A DNA stretch of 64,000 nt from Minisyncoccota bacterium. GTDB lineage: Bacteria > Patescibacteriota > Minisyncoccia > Phycocordibacterales > UBA9973. The notes beneath the pieces are model-generated. The model did no database searches. It saw only the letters and a program-made list of their open reading frames with translations, and was not told the DNA's origin. The stretch lies in assembly GCA_018061145.1 (NCBI GenBank), contig JAGOUR010000001.1, positions 875-64,874 on the forward strand. Direction: 5' to 3'. Shown here in pieces: positions 55,095 through 64,000 of this stretch (the stretch's first letter is position 1; the number at the start of each line of letters is the position of its first letter). A program made the translations under genes and the position numbers.

Positions 55095-55895
55095 TTATTT
55101 AATATTATTTTTAATTAAAGAGAGGTGCGAATACCAAAAATCTTCAGTTTCAATATCCATGGGCGGAATAGGGACAATCAGAGGTTTAAGACCTGTCAAA
55201 TTTATAACTTTTTCCAACGCAGGCAAAACGACTTCCTTAGTAAAATCACCTTCACTGTCAGTAGAAACTAGAAAATTTTCAAATAATATACCGTGGCAAA
55301 CAAAAAATAAAAAAAAGTTAAAATAAACAAAATGTATAGAATCAGCATTGTTTTCTTTATACCAACTTGATTCATCATGAAAATAAATATCACTTAAACC
55401 ATACAATCCAAACGACTTATGATGAAAATCTATAAGTGATTCGTCCCATTTAGTTTTAATTTCTTTAATTTTTTTACCGTTATAAATATTAAAGTCTACT
55501 ATATTTATTTTTTCAACAATATCATCTCCCTTTTTATCTAAACCGTCACTGACATGAATTTGACCCAATGAATGCTTATACTTATTGTTTGATGTAAATT
55601 TATCATCATAATACTCAAAAAATATAGGCTTCAAATTGTTTTCACGCGCCAAACCAACAAAAGCTCTACACTCGTGATTTGGTGTAGCTAACTGCCTAGC
55701 AATAACAGCACAATTTTTGTCATTTAAAATTTCAGGTATTTCTCCAGCAAAAAGATCTTTGATCTTATTAACCAAATCAACATCTTTTTGCCTTTCTTCA
55801 AGTAGTCTTAGCGCATCAGATAAAGGAGTATATACAATCTGATTAAAGATATTGTGATCAGACATTATAGTATTGTAATCTCCTATGGATGACAT
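55095..55895 (-). CDS. Hypothetical protein co-transcribed upstream of the histidine kinase
   Basis: Intact 266-aa ORF with a 3-nt gap to the kinase start. Confidence 0.3.
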   Translation of the reverse strand: MSSIGDYNTIMSDHNIFNQIVYTPLSDALRLLEERQKDVDLVNKIKDLFAGEIPEILNDKNCAVIARQLATPNHECRAFVGLARENNLKPIFFEYYDDKFTSNNKYKHSLGQIHVSDGLDKKGDDIVEKINIVDFNIYNGKKIKEIKTKWDESLIDFHHKSFGLYGLSDIYFHDESSWYKENNADSIHFVYFNFFLFFVCHGILFENFLVSTDSEGDFTKEVVLPALEKVINLTGLKPLIVPIPPMDIETEDFWYSHLSLIKNNIK

Positions 55896-55898
55896 ATA

Positions 55899-56318
55899 TT
55901 ATTTCTTTTTATTAACCTTTACTTCTTCGACTACAGGAATAACTATTTCTTCTTCTGCAGGCTCTGGGGCTACACAAACTTCGTTTGTAATATCTTCTTC
56001 TGTACATTCAGTCTTTTCACCCTGTACTGCTCCAGATTGTATAGCAGAAGTACAATCTTCATTTACACAAGCAGAAAAATCACGAGCTTTGATCGTGTAT
56101 TGATTATAATAAGATAGATTATTTGGAGGACATTCTCCGTCTATGGAGCAATCTCGATAGAAGCAAGTTTCTTTTGTATTATCACAAGCAGTCTCGACTA
56201 TAAAATTATAGTCTTTTTTGAAATAGAAAAAATAAAAAGAAGTAGCGATAACAACAGCACAACTTATTAATAATATATAGAGAAATACATTATGACTTTT
56301 TGGTTCTTCTTCAGGCAT
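55899..56318 (-). CDS. Membrane-anchored Cys-rich protein
   Basis: N-terminal TM; about 10 Cys in the extracytoplasmic part; acidic C-terminus. Confidence 0.3.
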   Translation of the reverse strand: MPEEEPKSHNVFLYILLISCAVVIATSFYFFYFKKDYNFIVETACDNTKETCFYRDCSIDGECPPNNLSYYNQYTIKARDFSACVNEDCTSAIQSGAVQGEKTECTEEDITNEVCVAPEPAEEEIVIPVVEEVKVNKKK

Positions 56319-56338
56319 GTATTTATTTTACCATAGAA

Positions 56339-57265
56339 TTACATTAGCAAGAACACACTTCCTACTATCATCACCACTATGGCGATGATTTTTGGGATCA
56401 GGACTTTTTTGGTGATGTTCTCGTTCACTATATGCGGGAAGAATTTTGTCCCTACGATAGTCAGGAATAGTACGATAGCAGGCTGGAATGTACCTACGAG
56501 GTACACCATAGTCACAGGTGCTAGCAATAGTGCAAAGTTAGTCAAAAGATTCCCGGATATTGTGGCTAATTCACTGACAGTATTTACGATAAAAATCTTT
56601 ACACCACCCTTGTGGTTCATATTCATAAATTCTTCTCTGTATTTTGGCACGAATAGATAAATGATGAGACCAGATATTCCGAGCCCTATATATTCCCAGA
56701 ATGATGACACCCAGAAATCCCCTTCGATAGTCACATATTTAAATATAATCCCAGAGATGGCTACTAGTACGCAAGCGATGAGCATATAGAATACTGGCTT
56801 TCTCTTTATCTGTCTCTTCTCCGCACTAAAATCAATAGATAGGAATACTAGTCCTAGTAGCATGATGACAGTACCCAGGATCTGATTATTGTTGAGTGTC
56901 TCGCCTAGGAATAGATAGCCAAAGATATAGCCAAACATCGGCACTGTCAGGAACCATGGAGCCACATTCGATACCTCTTCGATCTCCAATGCATATAGAT
57001 ATAGGACTATCCATACGATAGTGATGAATCCAGTGAGTCCGAGTAGTAGTGCATCTATTATCGATACTTCAAACAATCCTCGCACAAAAAATGCGATAAA
57101 GAATGCAATGAAGAATCCTATGAGACTAGAGAATAGCACGAGACCCCCAGAGCTATGTTCCTTTTCCCTGTCTGAATATTTAGCTATTAGATATTGATCG
57201 GCTATATTGACCAATGCCCATAAAAATGGAGCCCCCAATGCAATTAAAAACCAATTCATATACAT
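56339..57265 (-). CDS. EamA/DMT superfamily transporter
   Basis: 10-TM duplicated EamA pattern. Confidence 0.65.
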   Translation of the reverse strand: MYMNWFLIALGAPFLWALVNIADQYLIAKYSDREKEHSSGGLVLFSSLIGFFIAFFIAFFVRGLFEVSIIDALLLGLTGFITIVWIVLYLYALEIEEVSNVAPWFLTVPMFGYIFGYLFLGETLNNNQILGTVIMLLGLVFLSIDFSAEKRQIKRKPVFYMLIACVLVAISGIIFKYVTIEGDFWVSSFWEYIGLGISGLIIYLFVPKYREEFMNMNHKGGVKIFIVNTVSELATISGNLLTNFALLLAPVTMVYLVGTFQPAIVLFLTIVGTKFFPHIVNENITKKVLIPKIIAIVVMIVGSVFLLM

Positions 57266-57273
57266 ATATTATA

Positions 57274-58524
57274 TCACAAAAATAATAAATCTTGTCCCAA
57301 GTCTCCCACCTCGGTGCCGATTTTTTGTCTACCTAGAGATCTGGATGTCGAAGCTAGATAGATGACCCTCTTGCCATATTTACTCTCTAGGCTGTCTATC
57401 TGACTATATATGTCTTCATACTTTTTGCTCTTGGGCACACTACCAAATAGGTCATCCTGGGTGACTGTCTTTATGAACAGATCCTGAAATGTCACACCAG
57501 CGGTCCGATACAGCAGATCCCCGTTGTACACTTCTTTAAATTTATCACGAATATTTTCAATAATGACTTCCGGTGTATTGGTGGGCTCAGGTAGAGTGAC
57601 TTTGCAAATGTAAAATTTAAAATCTTTTGTTTTTAGGAAGAAAGAAAATTTATTTGTATACAGCTTGTAATGTCGCATCTTTCTGCATGCATCCTCGACA
57701 TGCTTTGATAACTCCGACAATAGGAATATCTGATCACTTGTAGCTGGGTGAAAACTATGAGTCTTTTGGATGGACGCAAATAGTGCCTTGGGTTCTGGAT
57801 CCAACTGAATTATGTATACACCCTGTAGCTCATACCAGATTGTCTGGTAAGGTTTTGCGAGGTTTAATTCTACCCAGGATAATTCCTTATTTACAAATTC
57901 TCCGGCTGTGCGTACACCGCGATCCTTTAGGAATTTTGAAGTCTGAGGACCGATGCCCCAGATTTTGTCGATTGAAAAATTTGCAAGATAGTCTGGGGCA
58001 TTTTTCTTTTCTATCACAGTCAGACCATTTGGCTTTACCCACTTGGATGCCACCTTGGCCAGGACCTTGGTCGGAGCGAGCCCTATGGATACAGATAGTC
58101 CCAGCTCTTCATTTATTTCTTTTTTAATCCTCTGTGCGATTTGAAGATAGGTCATATGGAGGCAGTTATCCAGATATGTCAGATCGGCAAAGCATTCATC
58201 GATACTATACTCCTCGACATCATCGGCATACCTGCGTACGATTTCAAACATTTTTCGAGAATACATGACATAGCACTGATAGTCTCCAGGTAGAATTATA
58301 ACTTTTGGGAATTTCTTCTTGATTTGAAATATTGGCATACCACGCACCACACCCAGAGCCTTGGCCTCATACGATAATGCAGACACAATACCACGCTCTT
58401 CACCAGTGACCACAGGCAAGCCTTTTAATTTTGGATTCTTGGCGATCTCACAACCTACAAAAAAAGCATCACCATCTATGTGGAGGATCACTTTTTCATG
58501 AGAGATTTTTTCTTGTGACACCAT
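57274..58524 (-). CDS. dinB: DNA polymerase IV (Y-family, DinB)
   Basis: ILHIDGDAFFVGCE and SIDECFADLT catalytic motifs; little-finger domain. Confidence 0.85.
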   Translation of the reverse strand: MVSQEKISHEKVILHIDGDAFFVGCEIAKNPKLKGLPVVTGEERGIVSALSYEAKALGVVRGMPIFQIKKKFPKVIILPGDYQCYVMYSRKMFEIVRRYADDVEEYSIDECFADLTYLDNCLHMTYLQIAQRIKKEINEELGLSVSIGLAPTKVLAKVASKWVKPNGLTVIEKKNAPDYLANFSIDKIWGIGPQTSKFLKDRGVRTAGEFVNKELSWVELNLAKPYQTIWYELQGVYIIQLDPEPKALFASIQKTHSFHPATSDQIFLLSELSKHVEDACRKMRHYKLYTNKFSFFLKTKDFKFYICKVTLPEPTNTPEVIIENIRDKFKEVYNGDLLYRTAGVTFQDLFIKTVTQDDLFGSVPKSKKYEDIYSQIDSLESKYGKRVIYLASTSRSLGRQKIGTEVGDLGQDLLFL

Positions 58525-58535
58525 CTATACATTGT

Positions 58536-58557
58536 ACTGTGAACGGACGTTCACAGT
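58536..58557. promoter_or_regulatory. LexA-type SOS box (GAAC-N4-GTTC) upstream of dinB
   Basis: ACTGTGAACG-GA-CGTTCACAGT: perfect 10-bp inverted repeat containing GAACGGACGTTC, 12 nt from the dinB ATG. Confidence 0.5.
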
Positions 58558-58643
58558 CAATCATTCTTCTTCATATTTTTATTGCAAAACAATAGTATTT
58601 TGATACAATGCTTTTATAGTAATTTTAATCAATACCCAATAAC

Positions 58644-59534
58644 ATGGTAGATTCAATAATAAGTGCAAAGAAAATCGATGATGCAGATGTAGTCATACTA
58701 TCAGCTGCATATGAAAAGACTGCTTCTAGTCGCAAAGGTACAGCCAGCGGTCCATCTGCAGTCATGAAGATGCTCGACAGCAAGCTTGAGCTTTTTGACC
58801 GTAACTACAAGAAGAATGTATGCGAACATGTAAAGATAGGTCACAAAGATGTAGGCAATATCAGCAAGATGACTCCACAAAAAGCTCTAGACAAAATAGT
58901 GGCTGAATCTACAAAGATATTGGATAAGGATAAATTTGTATTCCTCCTCGGTGGCGAGCACTCTGTATCATTAGGACTCCTCACAGCTCTCTCTAAAAAG
59001 GTAAATCCAAAAGACGTAACAGTAGTCCAGATAGATGCACACTGTGACCTACGCAATGATGACAGTGACTACAGCGATGACCCTACAAATCTAGCTCACT
59101 CATGCGTACTACGCCGTGTAAACGAGCTAGGTTACCCATTGGTCCAGGTAGGTATCCGCACATATTTCAAAGGTGAATACGAATACTTCTCTGACCCAAA
59201 GAACAATATCAAAACTTTTGAATGGGGCAATGGCAAAAAGGTGCCGACAGTAGAAGAGATAATAAAATCAATCAAGACAAAGTATGTATATATCACTATC
59301 GACGTAGATGGATTTGATCCGGCTCACATGCCAGGTACAGGTACATCTGTCCAAGGAGGTCTGGAGTGGTGGTACGGAGTAGAACTGATAGAAAAAGTTA
59401 TCAAGGCAAAGGAACTCGTAGGTGCAGACATAGTAGAAGTCTCTCCTATGAAAGATTCAATCCTGACAGAATACGGCGCAGCTCAACTCCTCTACGGAAT
59501 GGTAGCTCACAAATACAGAAATAAATTAAAGTAA
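58644..59534 (+). CDS. speB: Agmatinase (ureohydrolase family)
   Basis: GGEHS, DAHCD and DVDGFDPAHMPGTGT Mn-binding motifs. Confidence 0.7.
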   Translation: MVDSIISAKKIDDADVVILSAAYEKTASSRKGTASGPSAVMKMLDSKLELFDRNYKKNVCEHVKIGHKDVGNISKMTPQKALDKIVAESTKILDKDKFVFLLGGEHSVSLGLLTALSKKVNPKDVTVVQIDAHCDLRNDDSDYSDDPTNLAHSCVLRRVNELGYPLVQVGIRTYFKGEYEYFSDPKNNIKTFEWGNGKKVPTVEEIIKSIKTKYVYITIDVDGFDPAHMPGTGTSVQGGLEWWYGVELIEKVIKAKELVGADIVEVSPMKDSILTEYGAAQLLYGMVAHKYRNKLK

Positions 59535-59537
59535 AAT

Positions 59538-59582
59538 GAAAAAATCTGCAAATCAATTTCTTGATTTGCAGATTTTTTATTT
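59538..59582. terminator. Bidirectional terminator
   Basis: aaaatctgcaaatcaa-tttc-ttgatttgcagatttt. Confidence 0.8.
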
Positions 59583-59585
59583 TCG

Positions 59586-60068
59586 TCACATTTTTTTAGG
59601 TACTTGCCATTTTTTACTTTGGCAATTATACACATAATACAGTTCATTCTTTCCTACAGCTCTCATCATTAACTGAAAATTAAAGCTGTCTAAAAGGTAG
59701 ACCATATCTTGTGGATAGTACCATCCATACGGATCATTTGTAGGATTTACAATCTCTTCAAAAATAAAAGAATTACTCACACTATCAAATCCTTTATTTT
59801 CAAATAGGACAGAGAATGTTCGTTCACCCCTGAAATTCACTACAGCAAAATCACCGCATGCAGTATGCCATTCATAAGCAATATACGATGATCTTTTATA
59901 TAGAGGAAGCGTATCTCTACGATTAATCTGCACGTCTTGATTGTCGTACAGTAATCTAATTTTGGCACCAAAGTTAAAGGTAGCCACAGATGATGGAGTG
60001 ACATTTGTTTTTGGGCCCATGCAAGAGCTGAAAAACAAGCAAAAAGGTAAAATGTATAAATACTTCAT
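59586..60068 (-). CDS. Putative lipoprotein
   Basis: MKYLYILPFCLFFSSC lipobox-like signal. The ORF extends to 60119. Confidence 0.35.
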   Translation of the reverse strand: MKYLYILPFCLFFSSCMGPKTNVTPSSVATFNFGAKIRLLYDNQDVQINRRDTLPLYKRSSYIAYEWHTACGDFAVVNFRGERTFSVLFENKGFDSVSNSFIFEEIVNPTNDPYGWYYPQDMVYLLDSFNFQLMMRAVGKNELYYVYNCQSKKWQVPKKM

Positions 60069-60163
60069 AATTGATAAGAATTTTTTAACACAATACCACA
60101 ATACACACAAAATATCCACACAAACAAAATCCCCAAAGGATAGACCTTTGGGGATTTTTATAT

Positions 60164-60913
60164 CTATATTTTACTTCCAACTTCTAGATTAAGGTTCTTT
60201 GCGGCACTCTGTCTCTGCAATACTATCTCGATAAATCGTTTATCTTTATATCCGGAGCTACCCTTTGTAAAGTATGCCTTGCCATCTTTGGGCACATCGG
60301 TGAGCCTCTCGATAAAATCATAATCAGATGTAGAGTTTCTCAATTCTTGATCGTGCTCATATACGATAGTAGTCTTGCAGTTACCAAAGCAATCCACATA
60401 CCAGACAAAATTGTCATTACCAAAATCAAATATCTCCCCTATTTTTGCATTTATATCTTTGCCTTGGAAAATCCAATTTGTAAGATGAGGCAGATATTCA
60501 TAACTTCGGAATTGTGATTCAGATATTCTCATAGCTTCTTCCTCTGGGAGAAATTGACTGCATACAGTATATACATCTGTCTCTTGAATCTCGGACATTA
60601 GGCCGAGCTTCTTTGCGAGCGTAAAACAATTTGGAGTACCTACTACAGTGATGTTCCCTGCTTTACCAAAACAAAATGGTATACCATTTGGGTATTTTTC
60701 CTTTGTTCCCCTAGGAGCTACATTCACCACGATGATACCCGATGTACCACTGTAGGCATCCAGTGCATCGACTAGACAGCCGGCAGCCTCTAGGTCGTGT
60801 GATACTCCTATGAAATTCAAATTAGCACTATCACCTATTAGTGATTTGTATCTTATCTCTTGGCGTCCACGAGCATTTGCATCAGCACAGTCTGAAATAA
60901 TAGTTATCTGCAT
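60164..60913 (-). CDS. SAM hydroxide adenosyltransferase family protein (DUF62, fluorinase/chlorinase-like SAM hydrolase)
   Basis: C-terminal VWYVDCFGNCKTTIVYE matches the DUF62 VxYIDHFGNxITNI motif; N-terminal ITIISDC. Confidence 0.5.
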   Translation of the reverse strand: MQITIISDCADANARGRQEIRYKSLIGDSANLNFIGVSHDLEAAGCLVDALDAYSGTSGIIVVNVAPRGTKEKYPNGIPFCFGKAGNITVVGTPNCFTLAKKLGLMSEIQETDVYTVCSQFLPEEEAMRISESQFRSYEYLPHLTNWIFQGKDINAKIGEIFDFGNDNFVWYVDCFGNCKTTIVYEHDQELRNSTSDYDFIERLTDVPKDGKAYFTKGSSGYKDKRFIEIVLQRQSAAKNLNLEVGSKI

Positions 60914-60916
60914 ATA

Positions 60917-61939
60917 TTATCCGATATACTTTGCTATCAATTCATTTGCCTTTGCAGGATTTGCTTTTGCCTCTAGTAGTGCAGTCATCATCAGTGGAGC
61001 TACGATTGTAGCATCACTCTCGACTACGAACATAGGTGTATCTTGAGTTAATTTATCCCAAGTGATTTTTTCATTTGGAGTAGCTCCCGAGTATGACCCG
61101 TATGATGTAGTAGAATCAGAGATCTGACAGAAGTATGCCCATGGCTTTGCAGGCAATTCCATATCATATTTAAGAGATGGCACTACACAGATTGGGAAAT
61201 CTCCGGCTATACCTCCTCCGATTTGGAAGAATCCAATACCAGCACCTTCTGAAAGTTTTTGATATTGATCATAGAATGCACCCATGTATTCGATACCTGA
61301 CTTTGCGATTAACGCAGATGCATCTCCATGTTTTACATGAGAAGCAAAGATATTTCCAAAAGTAGAATCTTCGTATCCTGGGACTACTATTGGCAGATTA
61401 TTCTCCGCAGCAGCTAGTAGCCAGCATTCCTCAGCTTTACCTTCGTGCTTTTCCTTGTCTAGGGCCTGGATAAGCTCATAGAAATATTCATGCCAAAAAC
61501 GGCGCTCGTTATTCTTTGTAGCATTTTCCCACATTGGTACGATATGCTTTTCAACAGCACGAAAAGCCTCATCCTCTGGGATACTAGTATCTGTGACACG
61601 ACGCATACGATTCTCTAGGATCTTTGTATCGTCTTCTTTTGTAAAGTAACGATAATCTGGGAAATCTTTATAACTACTATGCGCAACAAGACGGAATAGT
61701 GATTCTTCTAGGTTTGCACCTGTCACGGACATACCGTGTATTAGTCCTGCACGTATAGCCGGAGCGAGTGTTATACCCAGCTGAGCAGAAGACATAGCTC
61801 CAGCGACAGCCCAAAACATCTTGCCACCATTCTCTATATGGCGCCAGTATGCAATAGTCGCATCCCGAGTAGCGCGTGAATTAAAGTTCTTGTAATTCTT
61901 AAGGATAAATTCTAATGTTGGTAATTGTGTGTTTTCCAT
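60917..61939 (-). CDS. Deoxyhypusine synthase-like protein (homospermidine/deoxyhypusine synthase family)
   Basis: AVAGAMSSA and GMSVTGANLEE NAD-binding region; FFQIGGGIAGDF. ATG 6 nt after a TATAAT. Confidence 0.65.
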   Translation of the reverse strand: MENTQLPTLEFILKNYKNFNSRATRDATIAYWRHIENGGKMFWAVAGAMSSAQLGITLAPAIRAGLIHGMSVTGANLEESLFRLVAHSSYKDFPDYRYFTKEDDTKILENRMRRVTDTSIPEDEAFRAVEKHIVPMWENATKNNERRFWHEYFYELIQALDKEKHEGKAEECWLLAAAENNLPIVVPGYEDSTFGNIFASHVKHGDASALIAKSGIEYMGAFYDQYQKLSEGAGIGFFQIGGGIAGDFPICVVPSLKYDMELPAKPWAYFCQISDSTTSYGSYSGATPNEKITWDKLTQDTPMFVVESDATIVAPLMMTALLEAKANPAKANELIAKYIG

Positions 61940-61972
61940 GCAAAAATTATACTCCGAAAATACCCTAAACGC

Positions 61973-62003
61973 AATTCTCCGCCAACATTGTGGCGGAGAA
62001 TTT
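61973..62003 (-). terminator. Hairpin between pth and the deoxyhypusine-synthase-like gene
   Basis: aattctccgcc-aacattgt-ggcggagaatt. Confidence 0.6.
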
Positions 62004-62004
62004 A

Positions 62005-62565
62005 TTAATTGTATTTTGTCATTGCTTTTTCGTATCCAGTAGAGACTATAGTAGTCAAAATATCAGAAACTAAGGGTGAGATATTGTCTTTTAGAATATC
62101 TAGATCTTCTTTTGAGAAATTACCCAAGACATCTGGCTTGCGCAGGACTCCGGTATCATCGAGTATCGATACACCTACACGTATACGTACAAATTCCCGA
62201 GATGAGAGCTGTGACATTATAGATTTGATACCATTGTGCCCACCATCACCCCGATCATGAGAGATTTTTATCTTGCCGAGAGGTAGATCTATATCGTCCT
62301 GCACTACGATAATGTCATTGTTTGTAAAATTATATTCTTTGACTAAATACGGGAGGATGCTACCAGTGTCATTCATAAAAGTTTCTGGTTTTGCAAAAAT
62401 TATATCTTCATCGTCTAAATTAATGTGGGCCAAATTTGAATTCGCATATTTATTAAAATTCCAATCAAGATTTTTATTCAAATTATCAAAAATAATCCAC
62501 GCCACATTGTGACGAGTTTGAAGATATTTCTCCCCCGGGTTACCTAAGCCGATAATTAATTTCAT
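62005..62565 (-). CDS. pth: Peptidyl-tRNA hydrolase
   Basis: MKLIIGLGNPGEKYLQTRHNVAW N-terminus. Confidence 0.9.
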   Translation of the reverse strand: MKLIIGLGNPGEKYLQTRHNVAWIIFDNLNKNLDWNFNKYANSNLAHINLDDEDIIFAKPETFMNDTGSILPYLVKEYNFTNNDIIVVQDDIDLPLGKIKISHDRGDGGHNGIKSIMSQLSSREFVRIRVGVSILDDTGVLRKPDVLGNFSKEDLDILKDNISPLVSDILTTIVSTGYEKAMTKYN

Positions 62566-62665
62566 CTAATTATTTTATCAAAAATAGACAAAACTAGCTA
62601 ATCCGATTCACGACACATATTCCCCTATTCCGTCAAATATATTTATGTGGTAAAATAGCATATAT

Positions 62666-63274
62666 ATGGAAAATAATACCGAAGAAACAAAGGTAATTTT
62701 GAAAAAAGACAGAAAAGTATGGGTAAGAGAGCAATTACTCAATATTTGGGACTTGGTTAAGTTTATAGCTCTAGCCCTTATAATAGTCATCCCTATCCGT
62801 ACATACATAGCTCAGCCATTTATAGTATCCGGTGAATCCATGGTTCCCACATTCCAAGATGGTCAATATCTCATAGTAGACGAGATATCTTACCGTATGG
62901 GTCATGTAAACCGAGGAGATGTAGTTATCTTTAAATACCCCCACGACACATCTAGATATTTTATAAAAAGAATCATAGGATTACCAGGTGAACAGATCGA
63001 GATATCAGGCAAGTCAGTGAAAATCACAAACAAGGAAAACCCTCTAGGTTTTACATTGAGTGAACCGTATATAAATGAAGATTTCATCACCAATGAAAAA
63101 TATAACACAGGCCCAGATGAATATTTTGTAATGGGAGACAACAGAAACAGGAGTGCAGACTCAAGATCATGGGGTGTTGTAAATAAAAAATTCTTAATAG
63201 GAAGAGCATATCTCCGATTACTACCTTTTAATTCGATAGATTATTTACCAGGAGAATATAAAGAAGAAAAATAA
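62666..63274 (+). CDS. lepB: Signal peptidase I
   Basis: SGESMVPTF (Ser box), GDVVIFKYP, RIIGLPGE, YFVMGDNRNRSADSRSWG. Confidence 0.85.
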   Translation: MENNTEETKVILKKDRKVWVREQLLNIWDLVKFIALALIIVIPIRTYIAQPFIVSGESMVPTFQDGQYLIVDEISYRMGHVNRGDVVIFKYPHDTSRYFIKRIIGLPGEQIEISGKSVKITNKENPLGFTLSEPYINEDFITNEKYNTGPDEYFVMGDNRNRSADSRSWGVVNKKFLIGRAYLRLLPFNSIDYLPGEYKEEK

Positions 63275-63285
63275 AATGAGTACAC

Positions 63286-64000
63286 CAAATAAAAAAACAA
63301 ATAAAGAAGCTCCCGTATCGGTAAAAGGTATGCGTGATTTTATAGATGAGCAGTATTACCTATACCAGGGATTTTTTGAAAAAGCACAAGAGATCGCTGT
63401 TTACTACGGATTCAAGCCGATCAAAACTCCAATAGTTGAATTCAAGGATGTCTACACAGCCGGAGTCGGTGAAGGTACAGATATCGTAGACAAAGAAATG
63501 TACAACTTCAAGACAAAGGGTGGCGATGAGCTCGCCCTACGCCCAGAAGGCACAGCAGGTGCCATGCGTGCATATATCGAGCATGGAATGCAATCACTAC
63601 CTCAGCCTGTGATGCTCTACTACTATGGACCATTTTTCCGCCACGACAACCCTCAGCGTGGTCGCTATCGTGAGCTACACCAATTCGGACTCGAGATCAT
63701 GGGTACAGAAAAGAGTATAGCCGACGCACTGATCATAAAGACGACAATTGCAATTCTAGAAGAAGTAGGCGCAAAAAATCTTGTTGTAGATATAAATTCT
63801 ATTGGAGACAAGGAATCTCGACCTGCTTACGTAAAAGAGCTAGTAAATTATTACAAAAAGCACCTCAGTGAGCTAGGCGCTATAGACAAAGATAGACTCA
63901 AGACAAATCCACTAAGAATACTCGACTCCAAGGACCCAAAGACTATATTGGTAAATGAAGGGGCACCAGATGCCGTCTCGTTTTTGACTGGTGATTCAAA
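63286..64000 (+). CDS. hisS: Histidine--tRNA ligase (3' end beyond the window)
   Basis: GMRDF, ALRPEGTAG and FRHDNPQRGRYREL (motif 2) class II signatures. Confidence 0.9.

Noticed and set aside
58536-58557. Could the perfect 10-bp palindrome be a bidirectional terminator between dinB and speB rather than an operator?
   Set aside because: The loop is only 2 nt, there is no flanking T-run on either strand, and both flanking genes diverge from it rather than converge.
1-64000. CRISPR arrays, rRNA genes and prophage or integrase genes.
   Set aside because: None were found. There are no regularly spaced direct repeats with unique spacers, no rRNA-like conserved blocks, and no integrase or transposase ORFs in the window.

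Overview
This window is AT-rich (about 35-38% GC by eye) and densely packed with core bacterial housekeeping genes. Spacers are short and operons are compact. Many genes start 6-12 nt after a TATAAT box with no Shine-Dalgarno sequence. Together these suggest a small, reduced genome, possibly from a Candidate-Phyla-Radiation-like or similar lineage; this lineage call is inference. No in-frame TGA recoding is evident.

Core content includes:
- A ribosomal protein and RNA polymerase alpha block: infA, rpmJ, rpsM, rpsK, rpsD, rpoA, rplQ, rplM, rpsI.
- A heat-shock locus of grpE, dnaK and dnaJ, with a divergent PaaX-family regulator.
- The tRNA synthetase genes alaS (short form), gltX, trpS, cysS, hisS (partial), a probable non-discriminating AspRS, plus gatB.
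- Division and cell-wall genes mraY, ftsW and murG, and the chromosome-condensation genes scpA and scpB.
- dnaB, recR, dinB, pth, lepB, ctpA, rsmI, mnmA, rpmA, rplI and rplU.
- Polyamine genes: a SpeA-like arginine decarboxylase, agmatinase and a deoxyhypusine-synthase-like enzyme.

Things beyond routine annotation:
1. Four copies of a previously unrecognised ~127-bp element with 12-bp terminal inverted repeats (CCCGTTAGAGAT). Each is flanked by a 5-bp direct repeat ATGAA and sits exactly on the start codon of a gene (rplI, ftsW, a small membrane protein, recR). Each insertion creates an upstream mini-ORF beginning MNPVR. The internal hairpins show compensatory base changes between copies.
2. 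A candidate sactipeptide-type RiPP locus: a 57-aa Cys-cluster peptide, a terminator, a radical-SAM/SPASM enzyme and a translationally coupled MTA/5'-deoxyadenosine phosphorylase. An ANT-like nucleotidyltransferase and an orphan sensor kinase lie next to it.
3. An HNH endonuclease gene whose 3' end overlaps a tRNA-Leu(TAA), inside a small accessory-looking islet that also holds an ADP-ribosyltransferase-like hypothetical protein.
4. A LexA-type GAAC-N4-GTTC palindrome immediately upstream of dinB.
5. Paired CCTC-NN-GAGG palindromes in a structured spacer upstream of grpE.

No CRISPR array or rRNA gene is present. One tRNA was found.
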